Assembly (NCBI GenBank): GCA_964448115.1 | Contig: CAYUVA010000030.1 | Span: forward strand, 1 to 56,048 | Direction of reading: 5' to 3' | Length of the DNA: 56,048 nt | Origin: an uncultured bacterium | GTDB taxonomy: Bacteria; CAYUVA01 | In this document: positions 48,841-56,048 of the stretch, piece after piece | How the letters are laid out: each line of letters opens with the position of its first letter | Position numbering within the stretch: position 1 is the first letter of the stretch | The notes under the pieces: generated by a model | What the model was told of the DNA's origin: nothing | Seen by the model: the letters and a program-made list of their open reading frames with translations, nothing else | Database searches by the model: none | Position numbers and translations under genes: made by a program

Positions 48841-48873
48841 TAGTATTAAGCGTTGATCGGATTGCAAGATACT

Positions 48874-50547
48874 ATGAAACCTACGGTTAAGATCACCGAT
48901 GATCCCTTCATGCTGACGGTGCTCATAGTCATCGTCATTCTTATCTCCCTGTTTATCATCTATCCTCTAGCCACCGTCATTTTTAAGAGCCTCTCAAGCG
49001 AAGGGGGGCTTACATTGAGACGCTATGTGGATCTTTTGACCACGCATCGTGATCGCACTCCCCTGACCAACAGCCTAGTACTCGGCTTCTGCACAGCCTT
49101 GTGCGGCACCATAGTCGGCTTTCTTTACGCCTTTGCGCTAACCAAGGTGCGGTTGCCATTTTCCGGATTCTTCTACTATATCTGCCTGTTCCCCATCATA
49201 TCGCCCCCCTTTGTTATTGCCCTTTCAGGCATCATGCTCTTCGGGCATAGCGGTGTGATCAATAAAGGACTTTTAGGCGGTATGGGCGGATTCGAGATCT
49301 ACGGTCTGCCTGGGTTGGTAATCGTGGAGACGATCACCTATTATCCGACCGCCTTTTTAGTACTTTACGGGCTTTTGAAGTCGATGAATCCGCATCTTGA
49401 GGAGTCGGCGATGGACCTGGGCGCATCCAAGTGGCGGATCTTCAGGACGGTTACTATTCCGCTTGCAATTCCGGGTCTTGCCTCCAGCTTCCTGCTCATC
49501 TTTGCCCAGTCGCTGGCTGATTTTGGCAATCCCATGGTAATCGGGGGCGATTTCAGGGTCTTGGCTGTGGAGGCGTACTTTCGAGTAACTGGCACTATGA
49601 TGGATCTCTCTGGGGGAGCTGCCCTGGCGGTCATTTTGCTGATTCCATCTTTAATAGCTTATCTTTTACAGCGTTATTGGGTCTCCAGGCGCAGTTATGT
49701 AACCGTTACCGGCAAGCCTCCTTCCGGCTCCAATGTGATGGAGACGCCATTTACACGCTGCCTGGGCTTGATCTACTGCCTGACCATAAGCAGCATCATA
49801 GCCCTGTTTTACGGGGTTGTTCTTTTGGGTGCATTCGTCAAGGTGTGGGGAAGGGACAATGCCCTGACCTTGAGGCACTTCAAGTATATCTTCAGCCGCA
49901 ACAACCTGCAATGTATCCTCGACACGGTGGCGCTTTCTGCAATAGCAACCCCGATGATTGGCATATTATCGGTCTTCATCGCCTACCTGGTGGTTCGGCG
50001 CCGATTTATCGGCAAGGGAGCGCTCGATTTTTCCACCATGCTAACCTTTGCCTTGCCCGGCACCGTGGTCGGCATCGGGTATGTGCTGGCATACAATAAA
50101 TCCCCTCTTTTATTGACCGGCAGCGCAGCCATACTGATAATCTGCTTTGTATTTCGCTTTATTCCCCTCGGATTTCGCTCGGCAGCAGCCCAGTTGATGC
50201 AGATCGATCCCAGCATCGAGGAGGCATCGATCGACCTTGGCGCATCCACACAGCGCACATTTTTCAGCATAACACTACCCATGATAAAGCCAGCCATCTT
50301 CTCTGGGCTTGCCTTTGCTTTCGTTCGTTGCATGACCGCATTGAGCGCGGTGATATTCTTAGTCTCCGCGCGATACAACCTGGTTACCGTGGCAATCCTG
50401 GCTGAGGTGGAGGCGAGCAACTACAGCGCGGCATCAGCGTACAGCCTGGTCATAATCGCAGTCGTCCTTGCTGTTCTTATTGCCTTGATGAAGCTGGTCT
50501 CACGGATAGGTCGCGGCAGCGCTGAGGATATGCTCACTGCCGCATAG
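48874..50547 (+). CDS. Fe3+/thiamine-family ABC transporter permease (FbpB-like, duplicated TMD)
   Basis: Two EAA loops (LEESAMDLGAS, IEEASIDLGAS); SPPFV; DFGNP; LPGTVVGIGY. Start placed at ATG 48874 (ORF track gives 48853). Confidence 0.9.
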   Translation: MKPTVKITDDPFMLTVLIVIVILISLFIIYPLATVIFKSLSSEGGLTLRRYVDLLTTHRDRTPLTNSLVLGFCTALCGTIVGFLYAFALTKVRLPFSGFFYYICLFPIISPPFVIALSGIMLFGHSGVINKGLLGGMGGFEIYGLPGLVIVETITYYPTAFLVLYGLLKSMNPHLEESAMDLGASKWRIFRTVTIPLAIPGLASSFLLIFAQSLADFGNPMVIGGDFRVLAVEAYFRVTGTMMDLSGGAALAVILLIPSLIAYLLQRYWVSRRSYVTVTGKPPSGSNVMETPFTRCLGLIYCLTISSIIALFYGVVLLGAFVKVWGRDNALTLRHFKYIFSRNNLQCILDTVALSAIATPMIGILSVFIAYLVVRRRFIGKGALDFSTMLTFALPGTVVGIGYVLAYNKSPLLLTGSAAILIICFVFRFIPLGFRSAAAQLMQIDPSIEEASIDLGASTQRTFFSITLPMIKPAIFSGLAFAFVRCMTALSAVIFLVSARYNLVTVAILAEVEASNYSAASAYSLVIIAVVLAVLIALMKLVSRIGRGSAEDMLTAA

Positions 50548-51535
50548 GTCTATCTTGATCTTCGGGCAGCATGGAGATCATCCTGGCAAGGTTAGGATTC
50601 CTGCCGGTTATCTTCTCGAATAGCACCGCTGCCAGCCCGATATAGAAGCATATATCATACAGACCATCCTTCCCTAGGTGGATCATCGCATTTGCAGCGT
50701 AGAAATCATAGAGATCATCAAGGCAGAAGGCTAGATTACCTTCATCTCCGCCCGGTTTCACCAAACGGATTACGGAGCCATCCGCTATTGTATTTTCCCA
50801 TAGATATTCCGCACCGGGAGAAGCCCTCGATATCGGGTCAGTGAAGAATATCGAGCTATACCCATGAAGCTTGCATACATTAAGGATCGACCGGTAGTCA
50901 TCGCTATCTACATCGATGATGGAATAAATTTGGTCGGTAAAGATCAACGACTTGCGCAGGATGATGCGGGACAGATCATTGCGTCGAGGCTCGCCGATGC
51001 AAAGAGATACAATGCTCCTCGATCCCTCCAAGATACACTCCAGCTCGCTTAGAACCTGCTGTTTGTGCTTAAAGGAGATATCTATCGCATAAGGTGTGAT
51101 CAGGTATTCAAGGGATCTTTGCCTTAAAAGGGCGCATAGCTTCTGGAAGCGACCCCTCTTGGTCAGTGATCTCAACAATGGTCGCGACTTGCCATCGCCC
51201 AGGTTGCGGAAGAGATGGCGAACATCGCCATGCAGAAGCACCAACTTACCGAGCGCATTGAGCGGCTCCAGGTTATTTTTGTTAGTTACAATCCCTCCGC
51301 CGGTTGAGATGACGCAATCCTGCGTTTTCTCGAGGCTTAGCAGAACCTCGTGCTCTATTTCCCTGAAGCCGGTTTCACCATGTTTCTTAAAGATCCCGGC
51401 AATGCTCATGCCCGCTCTTTGAGAGATAAGCTCATCGAGATCGATGAAGCCCATTCGCCTCTGTTTGGCTAACTCTTTGCCCAGATAGCTCTTTCCGCTA
51501 CCCGAAGGACCGATGAGAACTAGATTATTCTGCAT
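50534..51535 (-). CDS. aroK: Shikimate kinase with a ~160-aa degenerate shikimate-dehydrogenase-like C-terminal extension
   Basis: GPSGSGKS P-loop, DLD, GETGFREIE, STGGG, RPLL; extension described under findings. Confidence 0.85.
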   Translation of the reverse strand: MQNNLVLIGPSGSGKSYLGKELAKQRRMGFIDLDELISQRAGMSIAGIFKKHGETGFREIEHEVLLSLEKTQDCVISTGGGIVTNKNNLEPLNALGKLVLLHGDVRHLFRNLGDGKSRPLLRSLTKRGRFQKLCALLRQRSLEYLITPYAIDISFKHKQQVLSELECILEGSRSIVSLCIGEPRRNDLSRIILRKSLIFTDQIYSIIDVDSDDYRSILNVCKLHGYSSIFFTDPISRASPGAEYLWENTIADGSVIRLVKPGGDEGNLAFCLDDLYDFYAANAMIHLGKDGLYDICFYIGLAAVLFEKITGRNPNLARMISMLPEDQDRPMRQ

Positions 51536-51605
51536 AACTGCTTATATTTATTGCATAAATCGCGCTTAAATCAAAGACTATAGGTAAACTCGGTCTCGAT
51601 TACAA

Positions 51606-51621
51606 GCACTTGGGCACTTGG
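51606..51621 (+). repeat. GCACTTGG x2 intergenic tandem repeat
   Basis: Direct reading between aroK and birA. Confidence 0.4.
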
Positions 51622-51684
51622 AATGATATATAATGAAATAGTGCCCCTCTCCTTTAGGTCTTTATGGGGTTTGAGACAAAATGC

Positions 51685-52428
51685 TCAGGAATCCACTGCG
51701 CCCAATATGACCCCTGATGAGAAAACGCAAGTCTTACCAGCGATGCCCAACACCAGGTTTCCCTTCTCGTCCAGTCCGCAGAAAGTCCCCTCCAGCTTGT
51801 CATTTCCAACCATGAACATTATTTCCCGATCCTTCAGGACTAGCCTTCTATCCACCCTATCGAGAATGGAGCCAGCATCGAGACCATCCAACCTAGCCAG
51901 CGTCGGCTCTATTGCTCGTATGTATTTGTCAATAACCTTCCCTATATCAGTCAGCTTTCCAGTCTCAAGATAGACCGATGAGGCGGGGAAGATCGGATTC
52001 TCAGGGAGCTGATCCTTGCTATTGTTGATGTTCACCCCTAAGCCGATGATGTAATAATAATCAGCATCCACCCTCAACTGCTCTATGAGAATGCCGCCCA
52101 CCTTGCGAAGCCCGATCATGATATCGTTTGGCCACTTGATGCCACAGACAGCAGTGGTTACCCCTTCGAGAGCCTCAATTGCAGACAGTGCAGTAATGAA
52201 TGGCAACAGGTTCACCTGCTCCGGAAGATGGGAATAGTCCCAAGTTACGGTGCAGTAAAGCCCGACCTCCTTAGGTGAGTACCAGGTGCGCCCGTGCGTC
52301 CCCTTGCCGCTGCTTTGAGCACTGGCAATAATGACCCCCTTGCTCAACTGCCGAGCTTGAATAAGTCGTTTTGCCTCCTCGTTGGTTGAATCGATGCTGT
52401 CGAGAGAGATGATATTTTCTTCAAGCAT
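51685..52428 (-). CDS. birA: Biotin protein ligase without an N-terminal HTH
   Basis: DSTN, Q..GKGTHGRTWYSP, IKWPNDI, KVGGILIE, GLGVNI. Confidence 0.93.
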   Translation of the reverse strand: MLEENIISLDSIDSTNEEAKRLIQARQLSKGVIIASAQSSGKGTHGRTWYSPKEVGLYCTVTWDYSHLPEQVNLLPFITALSAIEALEGVTTAVCGIKWPNDIMIGLRKVGGILIEQLRVDADYYYIIGLGVNINNSKDQLPENPIFPASSVYLETGKLTDIGKVIDKYIRAIEPTLARLDGLDAGSILDRVDRRLVLKDREIMFMVGNDKLEGTFCGLDEKGNLVLGIAGKTCVFSSGVILGAVDS

Positions 52429-52480
52429 ATTGGCTCAGGGTAACCTTGATTAACACTGTACAGTTAGCCATCTTTTTCCA

Positions 52481-55400
52481 TCATCTGTACTGGGCTTTGA
52501 ATATCCTCATGTTCAGGCTGTCCATCAGGTAAAGGAAACCCTTGTTGTCAACCGCAACGCCGGTAGGGAAGCATGGCTTGGTGATAGGGCTATCGGGGAT
52601 GGCATCGAGATAGCTCAGCTTCCCATCGATGATGCACGCCCATGTCATAAAGTCGGGCAGGGAGATGAACAGGTTGCCATTGCTGTCGCTGCACAGGGCT
52701 GTGTCCGGCGACTGTCCACCGAGCGGTATGGAGCGGATGAAATACCCTTGCGGCGTGAAGAGCACAAGGCGATCCAGGGCTATATCAGTTATAAAAATAT
52801 TGTCATCCTTGTCCAGCGCAATGCCGGTCGGCTCGCCGAGAGGCTTGTCCATGTCCTCTCCCTTTCCAAAGCGATGGATCTGTTTTTTATAAGCATCAAA
52901 GGCGCGTACCACCTGATGACCGGAATCGACAATATAAAGCAGCCCATTAGGATGCAGCAGGCTCTGCTTGGGGGCAAAAAGGTTCACCTGCCCCGTGCCG
53001 ATGACATCGATAAGATCCCCCTTGGGACTCAACACCTGTAGTCGATGATTCCAGGTGTCGCTGATGTAGAGTCGTCCTTTTGCATCGAAAAATATGCTGG
53101 TAGGGATGTTGAATTGAAGCGGTTCTGAGCCTTCAGTGCCGATGCTTCGCATGTATTCCCCCTGTGGTGAGATGACCTGGATGCGATGATTCCTGCTGTC
53201 AGCCACATAAAGGTTCCCCTTGTCATCGATCGCCAGCCCTCGTGGCTCATTGAACTTGCCCGGCTCGGCGCCTTTTGTGGTCTGGTAAAACAGCTCCATC
53301 CTGATGTCATCCGCACCTGCTTTCTCTGGCGCATCAGGCAGCACTTCGTAGGATGGCAGCTCCACCTGTTCGGCGGATCGAATATCGATGTATGGTTCGA
53401 TGAACAGGCGCTTTGGTGGTAGTATGGTTCGTGGTTTTCCAGGCTCGATGTAATATGCGCTGATAAACTTGTATGGGGAGCATGAGCGGTAACGGATCTC
53501 GAAGTCATGCAGACCAACACCCAAGTTGAGGCGACTGGTGATTGCATTCCAGCCGGAAAACTCGACCCTGTCATGGAGCGTATTGCCATCAATTAAAAGG
53601 GTGTTTCCATCCGTGGAATCGATGAAGAACTCGTAGTGTCCCGCCTTCTCGATCTCCAACTTCCCTCTCCATATCGCAGAAAATGGCGTTCTGAGTGGTT
53701 CATCGCTCCCCGGCGTCCACTTGTGAACGCAGGTCGCTTCCCTCGCCACCTTGACCGGGTCCCCCTGAAAGTCGGCATTATTATAGTACTCCACGATCAA
53801 GCCATTCCCTTTATCCCGGACCCTGTATAACCAGCTATTAGGCAACGGTCTCTTGAGTCGATTAGGGGTCTCAAAGTGGATGACCGCACCGGCGCTGCTG
53901 GCAGGGATATTCTTTGCCCTGAGTTCCAGGGCATGTAGCCCCTCGTAAAGCTTGTAATACTTAGACTCATCGTCGCCGCTGGAGGCGACCTTGATGCCAT
54001 CGATATAAAGCTCGGCTTCGAAGTCGCTGTCGAGGTGAAAGCGATATCCTTCGTAGCGAGGGAGGATGAGCGTCGCTATCCGCAGCAGCGAAAGATTCTC
54101 CAAGCCAGGTGGATAATCAGCCTGCCAAGGATCGTTGCTCCCCTGCTTGATGGCAACTGGATCGCCGGTGCTCCAGTTGTCCTCATAGAAACTATCGATG
54201 AAGCCACAGCCGGCGGTAATTTCATCCTTCTCTACCACTAAAGTACAATAGAACCGATCCGGCTGCTCAGGTCCGGGGATAGGCGTGTATTTATGCCTGG
54301 GATAGAAGTCCTTTAGCCACTTGAGGTAGGGCATGAACTCATCATCTATGATAAATGCCAGCCCCTTGTCTGGATTTAGCTCGCTCATCACCGGCGGCAT
54401 CGGCTCCTCCAGGCGATGAATGTCGGGCATCTTATGGCATATAAAGGCGAAGGTCTGCCCGCGATAGACCCAGTCAGGGATGAAGACATTGTATTCAGGG
54501 CAAAGCTGTTTTGCCAGCTTGGATATCTGCGTCTCGGTAAAGTAGAAATCCCGGCGAACGAAGATGTTGTTGCGCTGCGTAACAAAGAAGGTAAAAAAGT
54601 TGAGCAGGATCACCACAGCTAGCAGCGGCGCTAAAAGCACCATGAACCATTGTATTCTTTTCTTACCAGCTAGCTCGATCCAGAAGATCCAAAGTTTATG
54701 CAAAAACACGCCGGCAAAGATTATAACCACCGGGCAAGCGCCTAGGATACGCAAACCATGCGGATTGGCGTCCATCCGCGTCCAGATCGATGCCTGGATC
54801 ATAAAGAAATAGGCGATGAGAAGCAGAAGATGATAACGCCTCCCCGCCTGCAGAAGAACCAGGAAAAAGCCCCAGAAGATAAAAAGCGAGGTGATGAAAT
54901 CTGCATTCGGCTCGTGGGGCAGGTTGTGGCGCGGGCGGGGATCGCCCTTGTAGTTGAACATCAGCAGCGTCTTGTAAACATTATGAAATATGGGCGCAAA
55001 GCTGTCCTGAGCCTTTACATCCTTGAAGACCGAGGTGCCGAGCGTGTGATGATAAAAATCGCGCGGATGATTGATGAAGTAATGTATAAGCGGCGAGGTT
55101 ACCAGGGACGCCACCGCAAACATGATCAAGCCGCCTATTAGATGCCTGTACCAGCGATCGATATCGCTAAACAACCTCACCAGCAGATAGACCGCAACCG
55201 CCGGCAGCACCAGCCTGAAGCCTAGATATGTATATAATCCGCCGCCCAGAAATATACCCGCCAGAGCGTAGTTGCGGTAGCGATCATCGGTCTCGATCTT
55301 GCTTAGAAAGTAAAGCACCAGCACCACGAATAGCGGATACAGGATCGCCTCGAAGACAACCCGGCTGAAATTGAGGTGCCACCTCGATACGGCGAGCAAA

Positions 55401-55933
55401 AGCGTCGCTGCCAGGCCGACCCGCTGCCCCAAAATACGCTGGGCAAGCAGGTAAAATAGCCCTACAGTCAGAAGTCCCATGGCAGCGGTGGCTATGCGCA
55501 TCGAGAGGACGGAGACACCCAAGAGCTTGAAGAAAAAGACGATGATGAAGATGAACAAGGTCGGACGACCCTCGGCAGTGGATACGAATACAGGATACTT
55601 GCCCTGCTCGATAATCTTGATCGCATCGTTGCCGTTGAACGCCTCATCGAGATAGCAACCGTTGGGGAAGCGATGCAACAGGTAACCGCGCATGAAAAGG
55701 GCTATGAGCAGTATAGCGCCTAGACAGATCCATCGAGAGCGCTTGGATAGCCCATTATCGAGAGCTTCTGCGCCATTATCCTTACCCCGTAACCTGAGTG
55801 CATAGAATACAGGCGGGACGCTGAGCAGCAAAAGCGGTAAGCCGAGCAGCAGGTTATGATGCTGCCTGGTGAGGATGTTCCCGGCAACCCCCAAGCCTAG
55901 ACCGATTACCAGAAAAACAATCCGCAGCACCAT
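52481..55933 (-). CDS. PMT/GT39-like GT-C glycosyltransferase fused to two PA14-like domains and an NHL beta-propeller
   Basis: YLDEAFNG DE motif; VSRWHLNFSR; PRHNLP; PA14 GLIVEYYNNADFQGDP...FSAIWRG...G.YEF...STDG..L.IDG; NHL FNEPRGLAID...YVADSRNHRIQV repeats. Confidence 0.88.
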   Translation of the reverse strand: MVLRIVFLVIGLGLGVAGNILTRQHHNLLLGLPLLLLSVPPVFYALRLRGKDNGAEALDNGLSKRSRWICLGAILLIALFMRGYLLHRFPNGCYLDEAFNGNDAIKIIEQGKYPVFVSTAEGRPTLFIFIIVFFFKLLGVSVLSMRIATAAMGLLTVGLFYLLAQRILGQRVGLAATLLLAVSRWHLNFSRVVFEAILYPLFVVLVLYFLSKIETDDRYRNYALAGIFLGGGLYTYLGFRLVLPAVAVYLLVRLFSDIDRWYRHLIGGLIMFAVASLVTSPLIHYFINHPRDFYHHTLGTSVFKDVKAQDSFAPIFHNVYKTLLMFNYKGDPRPRHNLPHEPNADFITSLFIFWGFFLVLLQAGRRYHLLLLIAYFFMIQASIWTRMDANPHGLRILGACPVVIIFAGVFLHKLWIFWIELAGKKRIQWFMVLLAPLLAVVILLNFFTFFVTQRNNIFVRRDFYFTETQISKLAKQLCPEYNVFIPDWVYRGQTFAFICHKMPDIHRLEEPMPPVMSELNPDKGLAFIIDDEFMPYLKWLKDFYPRHKYTPIPGPEQPDRFYCTLVVEKDEITAGCGFIDSFYEDNWSTGDPVAIKQGSNDPWQADYPPGLENLSLLRIATLILPRYEGYRFHLDSDFEAELYIDGIKVASSGDDESKYYKLYEGLHALELRAKNIPASSAGAVIHFETPNRLKRPLPNSWLYRVRDKGNGLIVEYYNNADFQGDPVKVAREATCVHKWTPGSDEPLRTPFSAIWRGKLEIEKAGHYEFFIDSTDGNTLLIDGNTLHDRVEFSGWNAITSRLNLGVGLHDFEIRYRSCSPYKFISAYYIEPGKPRTILPPKRLFIEPYIDIRSAEQVELPSYEVLPDAPEKAGADDIRMELFYQTTKGAEPGKFNEPRGLAIDDKGNLYVADSRNHRIQVISPQGEYMRSIGTEGSEPLQFNIPTSIFFDAKGRLYISDTWNHRLQVLSPKGDLIDVIGTGQVNLFAPKQSLLHPNGLLYIVDSGHQVVRAFDAYKKQIHRFGKGEDMDKPLGEPTGIALDKDDNIFITDIALDRLVLFTPQGYFIRSIPLGGQSPDTALCSDSNGNLFISLPDFMTWACIIDGKLSYLDAIPDSPITKPCFPTGVAVDNKGFLYLMDSLNMRIFKAQYR

Positions 55934-56032
55934 AGTAAGTGGAATTATACACCTTTAGGCTTAAGATCAATAGAAAAAGGCAAAAAGGTCAAGCAAGTAG
56001 TCGAACAGGCTGAGAACCAGGGAGGACCGGCA

Positions 56033-56048
56033 ATGGCACGCAAATACA
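56033..56048 (+). CDS. 5' end of an unidentified gene leaving the window
   Basis: GGAGG-N7-ATG GCA CGC AAA TAC. Confidence 0.45.

Noticed and set aside
48618-48890. 90-aa ORF (and 27728..27937) containing FASLRLCV-type peptides
   Set aside because: The peptide is simply the translation of the CTTTGCG DNA repeats. A GGAGG precedes 48618, but there is no other coding evidence.
1-56048. Impression of window-wide GATC/ATCGAT abundance
   Set aside because: In coding DNA this may just reflect ATC/GAT codon preference; it needs a Markov-corrected count that I cannot run.

Overview
Bacterial chromosomal window of about 48 CDS from what looks like an anaerobic diderm (outer-membrane beta-barrel, MetV-MetF, ADP-forming acyl-CoA ligase, CobO, five radical SAM enzymes). 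It is probably near the origin: parAB, a near-perfect parS site in an AT-rich ~620-bp spacer, and rpmI-rplT-rpmH-rnpA-yidD-yidC-jag, but no dnaA, infC or mnmE/mnmG. The dominant accessory theme is the cell surface: five GT-C/Wzy_C-type membrane glycosyltransferases (including a DUF2723/TMEM260-like TPR protein and a PMT-PA14-NHL protein), two soluble GT-B enzymes, a UGM-like flavoprotein, three B12-dependent radical SAM enzymes, and three exported proteins with Pro/Thr-rich linkers, two of which share a ~100-aa module. Features missing from the ORF track: the prfB +1 frameshift, rpmH, a probable glnA 3' end, a homopolymer-frameshifted signal peptide, a shikimate kinase fused to a degenerate AroE-like domain, two lone low-GC nuclease genes, and intergenic spacers made of several small repeat types. 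I recognised no tRNA, rRNA, CRISPR array or transposase. All calls come from reading motifs by eye; no searches were run.
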